From the NCBI GenBank assembly GCA_030390025.1, contig CM059438.1, positions 69,752,001 through 69,816,000 on the forward strand: a stretch of DNA of 64,000 nucleotides, written 5' to 3'. The notes under the pieces were generated by a model that saw only the letters and a list, made by a program, of their open reading frames with translations, was not told where the DNA came from and ran no database searches. Numbering within the stretch: position 1 is the first letter of the stretch; every line of letters begins with the position of its first letter. Positions 14,040-24,794 of this stretch are shown here, piece after piece. Source of the DNA: Squalus acanthias (Eukaryota). A program made the translations under genes and the position numbers.

Positions 14040-14225
14040 GGGGTAGATTTTCAATTTGCTGCCCAGGTGTAAAACTGCAGTTGGCGATCGGCCCACATTA
14101 TAGAAAGCACCCGATTTTTCATTTTCATTGAACTCAACGGTGAAAAATATCATATAATTTCTCTAATAGGAGGTCGCTCTGCAACGCCAGTATTGCACCC
14201 GGACGGCAAGTTTAAAATCTACCCC
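14040..14225. mobile_element. Short palindromic Harbinger-type MITE (family of 2786-2962)
   Basis: GGGGTAGATTTT / AAAATCTACCCC TIRs; flanks TAT/AAT. Confidence 0.85.
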
Positions 14226-15901
14226 AATGACTCCAGATCAAGACAAACATTTTACAGATTGCCATGTATACTACAAAACACCAACATTCTTACTATTTCC
14301 AGCGCTGGTTGTGCAGCATCAATACTTCTGGTGTCTGATTGCACATAGGGCTTCGGGGAGCAGGCTTTGACTTGTACCTTCCAAATGTTGTACCCCATGA
14401 CAACTATTGGTACGCATCTATGGCTTCCGGGACTTGCTCCCAGGGGCAATTGGAAATTTTACATTCAAAAGTGTAAATTCAGGTTTAATTTTTAAATACT
14501 TCTTAACTTAGAAATGATAAGATTTTTAATCTAAAAAAGCAACAATTGGGTTTTTAACAGACCCACTAAACCACATTTTCTCAAAAGCTACATCAGCAGT
14601 CTCCCTCCAGTTCACAACTTCCAGCCTCTCCCATAGTTGAAAGATACACTGGTCATGTAAAACCCCTTACAGAGATACTCTTCCCTTCCAACAGCCCCCA
14701 CCCTCCAATCCCACCAGTTCAAGCTAGCAGTGTTCTCCCTCTCTCCCCTCAACTCATGTTATCACTCTCCGACTCACTGTCCAGTTAACGCTGGTACACT
14801 CTTCATCTCTCATTTTCCCAGCGCTATTCTTGGGCTCCCCATCCTTTTCTCTTCTCTCCTCTTCTCTACACTGCTTTCTGACCCTTCACAAGTGACATCC
14901 TTGAGTTTCCACACTCCCCCCTCCAGTGTCACTCTCGTGCTTTCCACCATCCAGCCCCCAGCTATCTGGCTTTCTTCGGTGTCCTCCAGCACCGCTCATG
15001 GGTTTATCTCTCTTTCCCCCTGCCCACTCCTTCCATGCTGCGCTCACACTTTCCTCCACCCAATTATATGCCGATCCTCCACATCACTCCTCCTGGGCTG
15101 CTTCTACCTGTAGTTGTTGCTGCTCCAAATTTCAAACTCGGTGGCTAGATTTCTTTATCTCAGGGGAGCTCCTGATGTACCGTGCAGTGGCTTTCCACAT
15201 CCAAATAGCATTAATTTAAGGACGTAGGGGCACAAGAGCAGTGCTGAGAAGAGAGCCCAAGACGGCAGTGATTTTTGTCTGCGAATGTGGACTCGCAGCC
15301 AGTGACCCTAAAATGCTTATTGTCTGCATGCCAAGCATGAATAGTTGACATGTATATGAAAGGGAATAAATAAATTGTGGTTTAGTAATTTTATACAACT
15401 GAGCAGCATTGTTTAATCTTTACAAACTCTATCTTGATGACTCCTGGCTAGTGCCAGTTCTGTATCTCACAGGTTGCCTAATTGACATATATACCGAATG
15501 CTAAGGCTACATCTCTGCATTACATGCTCAACTGAATATGAAACATCAACACTTGCTGAACTAAGGGAACATCTATAAACACATATACTGTATCATTATA
15601 CCTGCTACTAATTGTATTTTATTAGAAATACAGGCACTCAATTTTGCAGCTTCACCGATAGACTGTCCAGTGCCCTCTCCCTTCAGTCAATGTAATGTTA
15701 CAAACTGGCTGACTCAGCTGTGATGTTATTATGGGATGGGACATTGTTTTATCTTTAAAAAAAACATACGACCCCCTCCCAAAGATTGAAATGAGATGAA
15801 CAATATTTAAATATGATGCGGAGATGCTGGTTTTGGACTGGGATGGACAAAAGTGTGAAGTCGCACAACACCAGGTTATAGTCCAACAGTTTTATTTGAA
15901 A

Positions 15902-15939
15902 TCACAAGCTTTCGGAGCGGCTGCTCCTTCGTCAGGTGA
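15902..15939 (-). ncRNA. Minimal type I hammerhead ribozyme motif
   Basis: Minus strand: TCAC-CTGACGA-A-GGAGC-AGCC-GCTCC-GAAA-GCTT-GTGA. Confidence 0.85.
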
Positions 15940-16056
15940 AGTGAAGAAATACAAATGGGCACAGCATATATAGACAGAGAACAATGCCTGGCATTGTTCT
16001 CTGCACAGGCATTGTTCTCTGTCTATATATGCTGTGCCCATTTGTATTTCTTCACT

Positions 16057-16093
16057 TCACCTGATGAAGGAGCAGCGCTCCGAAAGCTTGTGA
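16057..16093 (+). ncRNA. Minimal type I hammerhead ribozyme motif
   Basis: TCAC-CTGATGA-A-GGAGC-AGC-GCTCC-GAAA-GCTT-GTGA: stem I TCAC/GTGA, 5-bp stem II, palindromic AAGCTT in place of stem III. Confidence 0.85.
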
Positions 16094-16682
16094 TTTCAAA
16101 TAAAGCTGTTGGACTATAACCTGGTGTTGTGCGACTTCTCAATATTTAAATACATACTGCAGTTGTATGGTAGCTTCCTTACAGGTCTTTGCAAAAACAC
16201 TCCCAAAGATCTGGTCGTGTCACTGTATAAATTTAGATGGGAGTACAACTAGTTTTGTGTGTCTGTATTCATAAAGAAGAGGCTCGGTCTGTTTTGTGCT
16301 TGGAAACTTCAAGATGGCTGACAGGTGTCAGCTGTCTGGACTGCTGTTGCTGTTCTTTGTTCTTTATCTTACAGTGTTCCATGTAGTGGTGGAACCAGGG
16401 GACTTGGTTTCCAAAGTGTGAACAACATCTATTTTGTGCAAATCATCTTCAACTCTCTGTGCAATAGTGTCAGAAAGATAGATACTGCCTGAGAGACAGA
16501 CTTGTGTTTTTTGTGTCCGCTGAATTCACTGTCATCTCTGATTAAAGTGAAGAGAAATAGGGTGTATACATATCAAGTTTGGGGGCTGCTCGATGAAATG
16601 ACAGGAAAGGAAGAGATGATGTGACAATCTTGGGGAACATCAGTACAGTACAAATGACAATGCATTGTTTATTACTGTAGGA

Positions 16683-17055
16683 TAGGGTCGCCAACCCTCC
16701 AGGATTGGCCTGGAGTCTCCAGGAATTGAAGATGAACCTCCAGGTCGCTGCTGTGAGCAACCCTGGAGAACCCCCCATGATAAAAAAAGGGTTATTTTCA
16801 TTTTCTTTGAACCCTTCTGTTCATTTGCTATAAAAATATTGGAGATGGGGAAAATGGCTGTTTAACTGACAGTCAAGATTAATTCAGTTGGGTAATGAAG
16901 GGTCTTTCCGCTTTCCAATTGGGTGGGAAGGAGGTGCGCCGCGAGGATGGACATTTTGGGTGGCCAATGGCGGGAGTGTGGGGGAGGGGCAGTTGGAGGC
17001 AGGAGGTCATGTGATGAAACCTCCAGGAATACATCCAACCAGAATTGGCGACCTG
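16683..17055. mobile_element. Probable hAT-type MITE
   Basis: Ends TAGGGTCGCCAA / TTGGCGACCTG; no 8-bp TSD visible. Confidence 0.55.
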
Positions 17056-17157
17056 ACTTATCGGAGCAGGATTGGGAATCAGTCATTGTGTAGAATAGTA
17101 CTGTTCTGCGTGTGCTTCTAACTTTTTCAAATGACTACAAATGTACTGAGTAATGTG

Positions 17158-18789
17158 TGTAGAATTCGCAAATTATCGCAATTTCGAAATAACGAGATAG
17201 AGACATACAGTTTCGTAAAAACAGCTTTATTTCAGCAAAATGCTGTCAGGTTTCAAAACGGACACAAGCAGCCTGTAAAATGGCTGCCACGCCTCGTGGC
17301 AGAAGGTTCTAGACTTTCAGTAGGCAGACAAGATGGCGTTTCAATAAACATTTCAGCAAGATCGGACAGGACTCAGCATATTGAGATAAGACAAGACGAG
17401 ATCGTTTTGCATTTTAACACCCAAGCAAGGAATATAAGTGCTGGAATCGGATTTTCCATGCACAAATGAGAGCTATTGTACTGGGCAATCAAGGGGCCCA
17501 TCCAAAGACATTGATACGCAAATTCCCCACGCTCTACGATGAGAGAGCCGTTCGCGGGTACTCACAGCAAGAATTCGGAGGCCCCCAAAACCCCTCCAGG
17601 GAGACTCCTAGCCGGTTCCACAAGGGGAGAAATATTAACGGGTACTCAGACAGTTACAAGTATCACCGAAACCCATTAACGACAAGTACCACCCCATACA
17701 AGAAGTTTGAGCGCCAAAACATGACAAAAGATGAACATTAAGATTGGGCGGGAGAAAAAGAATTACAGTACTATAACTGTAGTAAACAAACGTCCATCTT
17801 TCTCTTGATTCGACCCCTGGCTCTCGTTTGCGGCCCACCGAGCTCTTGGTCTGCTGATCTTCCGGGAGTCAACCTCGTGGCTTGCCGCGAAGATCTGTGA
17901 AGAGCTGGGCTGCGAAGGCCGGTAAGCGGGTACACCATCCCGAGGGTCGGTAGACGGTGTAGGGACCCGAAGGCCCGACGAGACGAAACAAGACAAGAAG
18001 AAGAAGACGACTGCACGTGCCGCCGCGGTCAGTAAACCCCGACCGCGCCCGAACTATAAAGACCATTTACAGGTTACCAGACGAATTCTACCGCCAACTG
18101 GTGTCGGTCCAGAAAGACTCTTCTTTGAATTCTACCGGCTAACTGGTGTCGGGCACAGGAAGACTCTTCTTTGAGTTTTATCAGAGTTCCGAGGTCAACA
18201 CAGATCTTCATGACAGCAGACGGTCCAGCCTGCTAGCCGGAGCAAAGCGAGTAAACAAGTGGGGTACAGAGACCCCTGATCAACACGTGAATAGTCAGGT
18301 GCTGTGGCGAAAACATCCGAACAGCGTTTAGGAATTCTCCGAGTTATCACGAGTGGTGAGCATGTGTCTCGATCCTACAGATCTAGATTAGGACAGGTAT
18401 TGATAGGGGAGGGTTTTTGTTTTAAGGATAATTATAATGTGTGTCCCCTTTTACGATGTGTCGTGCGCTCCTCGTTTCCCTAAACCTAGTTTCCTAAATG
18501 TATGTAAGCTTGTACTGTCATTAATCTGTGCTTATGACATGTATTTCATAATCTTGAACAATATGCAATAAAGATTTTCCATTTCGTACTATTCAACCGG
18601 GTCTATCTGAGTTTTTCTCTGCATTACTGCTCTCGCACCTAAGTCCAGTGTCAGAACCGTAAGGGCGAGTGGGTCGAACCACTCACAGGTGTCTAGTGCT
18701 ACCAGGCTGGCTGGAGACCAGAACAGGCAACAAGGCCTAACCCCGCACTAGCACCCAGGCTAAGCACAGAGCCACGCGAACCCCTTACA
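17158..18789 (+). mobile_element. Solo LTR, 1632 bp (ERV or Gypsy; lineage unresolved)
   Basis: TGTA...TACA termini; 4-bp TSD TGTG (17154-17157 and 18790-18793); TATAAA 18055-18060; AATAAA 18567-18572; CpG-rich relative to flanks; no PBS or PPT outside. Confidence 0.8.
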
Positions 18790-19039
18790 TGTGGTTTTAC
18801 AGCTTGAAGTTAACTTGTGTGGTGGGTTTGTATTTCTGTCTTCTGGAACAACTAGGAGTAAAGTAAGAGTGCAGGGTGCACTGGCGAAATGGGATTTGAA
18901 TGAATCCAAAGGGCATGAGATCTCTGCAAGGGCAGAACTCTGAGGGGCTGCAGCTTCCAGTCTGCAGGAGCAGTGTGAAGTGAAATGGTTGAAAGGTGAT
19001 AAAGAGCTTGAATCTGACGATAAATATGAAATCGTATCT

Positions 19040-19732
19040 GATGGCAAAAACAAAAGCGTTCGCCGTCATTACCCCTCTGAAACTGACCGCAACTTCAGGA
19101 TTTCGCGCATGCGCATCTAAATGCGGAAATCCTGAAGTTGCGGTCAGTCATTCACTGCTCCGACACAGGCTGCGCTGTGGACCCCCCTCCCACCCCTCGC
19201 AGTAACCGGTAATCAGTGAAACGGACGAAAACTTAGGCTTTTCCGCAGAAATATCGCTGTCAAATACCCCATTAAATGTTGAGCCTTGTTGGAACAGGTG
19301 TGAGTGGGGTTTTAACAATGTATTCACTGCTAAACAACCGTTCTGGTCCTGAAAAACTAATTTTATATTTGTTGAGTGTCAAATTTCTCCATTATGATTA
19401 AAAAATTACAATTTTGTTTTTAAAACTTAAAAAAAAACTTAAAGTTTGTTCATGATATTTTGGTTTTGAGCATATTCTCATGTGAAAGTCCCAATCTTTA
19501 TTTCGTTCTCATTTTTAAAAAGTCCGGTTAAAAGCAGCTTCTCATTTCCTGGTTTGCAGTCTGTGGGAATTCTACAGCTCTGCAGTGGGAATCCCCATAA
19601 CAGAGCGTTCCAATCAATTCATTGTCAAAAAAGGCAAACTTCTCACCACAGAGATGAGATCTCTGTGGGCAGCTTTCTTCAGGGCCAGCGGCGAGCACTT
19701 TTACTTCGCTGCTGACCGCAAATTACGGGCCC
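19040..19732. mobile_element. Harbinger-type MITE, left terminus eroded
   Basis: Right end GCAAATTACGGGCCC; GC-rich subterminal regions with an AT-rich centre; perfect 23-bp inverted repeat at 19082-19148. Confidence 0.7.
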
Positions 19733-21059
19733 ATATGTTTAAACAAAGGGGAAGCCTTCTTATTGGGTTCCATGGCAGATCCTCTCTGCGATCACATTTC
19801 TCCTTTTGATTTTAAGTGAGCAAAATTTTCAGCACTGAATTTTGAAGCACAAATCTTGCACTCTAATTAGGGTGCAGTATGAGTGCAGATTAGTTGACAA
19901 AACATTCAGAAACAGGAAAGCTGGCCTCGTTGACCCATTGTGAGTTTCAGCTCCACTGGAGTGAGACTGGGAGGACGAGCAGAGCAATACAGTTACACAC
20001 AAGACACCTGAATGAAGATATCTGAGCAAGTAGTACCTCACTGAGTTATAAGTGGAAATGGTGCTAATTTTAGCAGACTTTAATGAGCAAAGGTAGCGAC
20101 CACAGCTGCTGTTACTTCACAGACTGATCAGGTTAATAAATGTGGAGTCGGCACTGCAGTGCTTACGCCAGACTGCTGTTGTGAATCCCAGTGGTAACGT
20201 CAGTTTTTAAAGGCAATATATTCAGGAGGGGATCGCCAGTGAAATTTTTATTCACAGTAAATTGCACTCATTGGTGAAAATGTGAAGAATCATTTTTTTT
20301 TCAAATGTGAAGAATATTTTTCTGCAGATGTGCATGGGTCAGAAAGCATGGGGGAATAGATTTACCCAGTAAAATGATCCACATTCTGTCTTTTTTCCCT
20401 GCCATATATAACATGTGAAATTGGAATGGGAGAGTGTTCTGTGCTGTTTACATTTCACAGATTATATAGTTTTTGCAAGGCAAATCAACTTTTGAAGGAT
20501 TGCAGTTGGTATCAACAATAAATATTTTTAAAATTATAAATGAAAGCTTCTTGTTTGTTAGATTCTTTTGCAGTCCATTATTATTTCATGTGTAAAAAAT
20601 GTATTGCAGCTTTGCTGGAGAGAGCAGTTTGTTTCCGACAATGTAACCCCTTCTATTATACAAACTGTTACTTGCTGTGCCGCGGTTATACATTATGCAA
20701 TCTTGGTACATTAGTCTGTCAGCTCCCTTTTTGTTTAATAGCCTGTTGGCAACTTGATAAACGCATGAAGGGCAGAAGTCGCTGATCTTCACCACACTGA
20801 GCAGAGGCCAGGTGGTTTCCTGCAGGGACCGAGGGTAAATTGCCATCTCCCTGCTGCTCCTTTCTGAGTGACATTGACAGAGTGCTGGCGCATGTCGCCC
20901 ACCTAATACCTTGAGTGAGAAAGGCATGTGGTGCCAGGTGATTAATAGGACGGGGAGAAAGGGAAAATCGTCGTAACTGAGTGGGATACCCACTCTCACT
21001 AAATGTATCTCTTCTCATTGCTGCTTCCTAATTTAAGTCATTGTGCCAAGATGGCCCTC

Positions 21060-21720
21060 AGTTACTAAATAGGCTTAGAGAGCTGCGGCTATTTACTTCA
21101 GGAAAGCGTAGACTTTGAGGAGATTTGATCGTGCCCTATCAAATAATGAAACGATTAGGTTCGGTCAAGGTGAATAGGCTATTTGAGTTAGATAAGTTAG
21201 GGTGCACCAGGCACAAGCTGTGTAAACATAGAACCAGGTTAGATGTTAGGACGTTTATCTTTTCAGAGAGGGATATTGACTTTTGGAACAAAATGGCAGC
21301 TCATGTAGCGAGGGAGAATTAACTGCAAGCGTTCAAAGGGGAGCTGGGTGTGTTCCTAACTGTGGCTGACATCATTATGTATAAAAGGTAGGTGGGGTAT
21401 TGAGGGATGTGTCACCAGTCACTGTGATCTCATAGAATCATAGAAATTAACGGTACACAAGGAGGCTATTCGACCCATCGTGTCTGTGTCTCCTGGAACT
21501 TCTTTGATCACCTTTGGGTATTGGAGAGGAATTTCATAGAATTTCTTTTTCTCCTAAATTGGTCCAGCGATTTTTTTTTTTTTTTCTCTCTGATTGCATG
21601 GCTGGAATTGGGAGGAGCCGCAGATGGAAGTCAAAGGGTGTATAAGTTGCGCCATTACAGTACGGGACAGGCTTGATAAACCAGCAGGTCTTTTCCTCTC
21701 TGCCATTTTCGTATGTTCCT
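21060..21720 (+). mobile_element. Decayed CR1 3' end, with a small antisense CR1 tail at about 21431-21490
   Basis: RLDVRTFIFSERDIDFWNKM motif; 3' UTR similar to 28800-29097. Confidence 0.75.
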
Positions 21721-21759
21721 AACAAAGATTAAAGAAAACAATCAGAAATGTTTCTTTCA

Positions 21760-22078
21760 GCATAGAATCATAGAATGATACAGCACAGAAGGAGGCCATT
21801 TGGCCCATCGTGCCTGTGCCAGATCTTTGGTAGAGCTGTCCAATTATTTCCACTGCCCTGCTCTTTTCCCATAGACCTGTAAATATTTCCCTTCAAGTAT
21901 TTATCCAATTCCCTTTTGAAAGTTACTATTGAATCTGCTTCCACCACCCCTTTCAGGCAGTGCATTCCAGATCACAACAACTCACTGTGTAAAAAAAATG
22001 TTTCCTCATGTCTCCTCTGGTTCTTTTGCCAGTCACCTTAAATCTGTGTCCTATGGTTACCGACACTTCTTCCACTAG
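21760..22078 (-). mobile_element. CR1 3' end
   Basis: (CATAGAAT)n tail; VVEADSIVTFKRELDKYL. Confidence 0.9.
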
Positions 22079-22080
22079 GG

Positions 22081-22350
22081 CAGATGACCAAAGCTTGGCC
22101 AAAGAGGTAGGTTTTAAGGAGTCTTGAAGGAGGAAAGAGAGGTAGAAAGGCGGAGAGGTTTAGGGAGGGAATTCCAGAGCTTAGGGCCTTGGCAGCTGAA
22201 GGCACGGCTGCCAATGGTGGCGCGATTAAAATTGGGGATGCTCAAGAGGGCAGAATTGGAGGAGCGCAGAGATCTCAGAGGGCTGTAGGGCTGGAAGAGG
22301 TTACAGTGATAGGGAGAGGGAGGGCGAGGCCATGGAGGGATTTGAAAATG
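22081..22350 (-). mobile_element. L2 LINE 3' fragment
   Basis: Shares GTAGGGCTGGA...GATAGGGAG...GGCGAGGCCATGGA with the L2 fragment at 34090 (antisense of LHGLAP). Confidence 0.8.
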
Positions 22351-22379
22351 TATACAATTAAACAGATAAACTTTAAGGA

Positions 22380-22525
22380 TTAGTGATAGACGTTAGGACT
22401 ATGGTTTAGGGTGTTACAGTTAGGGGTTGGAGTTAGGGATTACATTAGTGTTTCGGGTTAGTTTTTTATGGTTCTGGGTCAGGATTAGAGATCGTGGAGT
22501 TAGAATGTTAGGTTTAGGGTTGGGG
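22380..22525 (+). repeat. Degenerate TTAGGG-like low-complexity tract
   Basis: Multiple TTAGG, TTAGGG and GTTAG units. Confidence 0.6.
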
Positions 22526-22859
22526 ATACCAAGGCTAGAAGAGGCACTCTGGAAGGTATGGGGAGCTGGCCCTGACCAGTCATCATTTCCCTTCATTTAC
22601 AGATGCTCCCTGGCCAGTCACTGTTTCTCCTTTATTTACAGACACTCCCTGAGAGTTCCCAGCACTAGCTGTTGCTCCCAGAGCTTGGCGCTTACACTGC
22701 GCTATCCAACCAGGGTGAACCTGGGAACCGATCCTCCCGGGGTTTATTCCAGACTCTCCAGACCTCTACCTGTTGCGTCTCCACCAGCCAGCACTGACCA
22801 CGCATGCCCGAATAATTGACGTGAGCTCCAGAGCAATAGGAAGAAGAGCTGGAGGACCG

Positions 22860-22980
22860 AGTGGGTCCTCCAACCAATCGGAGTGTGTGAGAAGCAGGAT
22901 GTTGTGTAGAATCTGGCGGACCCCTTAAAACCTTCTCGCGGATCCCTAGGGGCCGCAGAGCCCCCAGTTGAGAATCCCTG
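22860..22980. mobile_element. hAT-Charlie-like transposon end (other end not found)
   Basis: Minus strand CAGGGATTCTCAACTGGGGGCTCTGCGGCCCCTAGGGATCCGCG, typical of Charlie-like termini. Confidence 0.6.
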
Positions 22981-23460
22981 CCATTTGCTTTTTAACAGCC
23001 TTCTCAACTTGTCCTGCCACCTTCAAAGATTTGTGTGCATACAACTCCAGGCCCCTCTGTTCCTGCACCCCCTTTAAAATTGTTTCATTTAGTTCATATT
23101 GCCTCTCCTCATTCTTCCGACCAAAATGAGTCATTTCACACTTTTCTGCATTAAATTTCATCTGCCATGTGTCTGCCCATTTCACCAGTCTGTCTATGCC
23201 CTCCTGAAGTCTGTTGCTATCCTCCTCATTGTTTACTACATATCTGAGTTTCGTGTCATCTGAAAACTTTGAACTTATACTTCATCAAAGAACTCAATTA
23301 AGTTTGTCAAACACGATTTGCCATTAACAAATTCATTTATTAGCTCTTACTTTCCCATATTATTATCTCTAAAAGTTTCCCCCACCACCGACGTTAGGCT
23401 GACTGGCCTGTAGTTGCCGGGTTTTTCCTTCTCCCCTTTTTTAAACGGGTGTTACATTAT
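22981..23460 (-). mobile_element. CR1 RT fragment with internal deletions
   Basis: WADTWQMKFNAEKCE...HFGRKN motif. Confidence 0.9.
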
Positions 23461-24046
23461 GCTAATATATTTCAGCACGCTTGAATACCATTTTCCAGTA
23501 CATTGTGTTTATTTGTTTATCGAAGGTAAATAAATTAGGACATGTCACTAAATGCCATGGCACTAAACAAATGTTCTTAGTTTAGTGACATATCCTAATT
23601 ATTATTATTATCCTTAAATATAAAATGTTACCTATTTAGTATTTCACCACGTTTGGTGCCTATTGCAAACATTATTTCATCAAAAATTTATTGGTTATAA
23701 TAAAACGTTAAACCTAATAACAAATCTGGAACTAAACCCATACCTCTTATCTCAATGATCAACTCTTCCTATTCAGGGCCTGGAACTTTAGTATTCTGGC
23801 TGCTTTCCACATAGCTTCAGGGTTTCTTTTTGGATACAACAAGGCTTCCTGTAAGGGCTGCATTTGTCCATCTAAACCATGTTATTGGAGGGAGAGAGAA
23901 TAAACTGTTGGGGAAAGGTTGTTTCCCAGGGAGGGAGGGACACCATGAAGTACCATTGCTGGTCTCTAAGGAGATATCCCCATGTTTGACCATCTCCCTC
24001 TCCTCACCAAGAAGCATAGCATTCATTGGGTGGGGTGGAAAATATA

Positions 24047-24708
24047 GGGCTGGATTTTGATACTGGGGCGGGTTGGGGTCGTGCCATCCGCATTTCGTGT
24101 TATCCACCCGACTGCAATTGGATGTGGGAGATTGATGCAATGTTCACCTAATTGGGCAATTGAGTTCCAGCATGTGGGAACCCATGAACCAATTAGTGGT
24201 TTCAGTCTGAAAGTCGCCTCTGATGATGTCATCATTGATGCTGCATTGAAGGTCAGAGACTGCCTGGCCTTTGCTGTGAGAGGACCGGGATGCAAAATGA
24301 GCAGCAGCTCTATCTGGAGAGAGAGAGAGAGAGAGAGATTTTTTTGCTCCACCACTCCCAGATGCCAGCCAGGCACTTACTGATACTCAGCGCAGCCACT
24401 GATATTCAGCTATCCACATGTGCTCCCGCCAGGTTTCACAATTGTGTTTCAGAACAGGCGTGCTTCTCGTACAACAAGGGTTAAAATCACAAAGGCCTTT
24501 CAAAATGGCATTATAGAGCCAATTTAGTGCTTGTTAAGGGCCTTAACAGCCTATCCCGTCTCTTGTCGGCGGGACCAACAGACACGATTTCATCAAAATT
24601 GCGTGGAGGCGGGATGGAGGCGGACTTGTGCCCGCCCGCCACTTTTCGCAATTTTAACCCCCCACACGCCTCCAAACCCGCCTCCACGGGTCAATGAAAA
24701 TCCAGCCC
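24047..24708. mobile_element. Harbinger-type MITE (family B)
   Basis: TIR GGGCTGGATTTT / AAAATCCAGCCC; TSD ATA; inverted relative of 46959-47690. Confidence 0.9.
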
Positions 24709-24794
24709 ATAGAGTACATTCCTTTTAATTCATGGTTCTTGGGACCGAATTGAAATTAGTGAGTTAAAAGGAGTCACTGGATCATGTTTGGAAT

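Larger units (their letters stand above)
15814..16139. mobile_element. Penelope-like fold-back insertion (inverted pseudo-LTR fragments)
   Basis: Arms 15857-15990 and 16006-16138 are reverse complements with about 3 differences; 13-bp TSD CAATATTTAAATA at 15801-15813 and 16140-16152. Confidence 0.9.

Noticed and set aside
18083..18174. Direct repeats as a CRISPR-like array
   Set aside because: Only two abutting units, no spacers, and they lie inside an LTR in vertebrate DNA.
24210..24240. CTGATGA in family B MITE as a hammerhead core
   Set aside because: No downstream stem II-GAAA arrangement.
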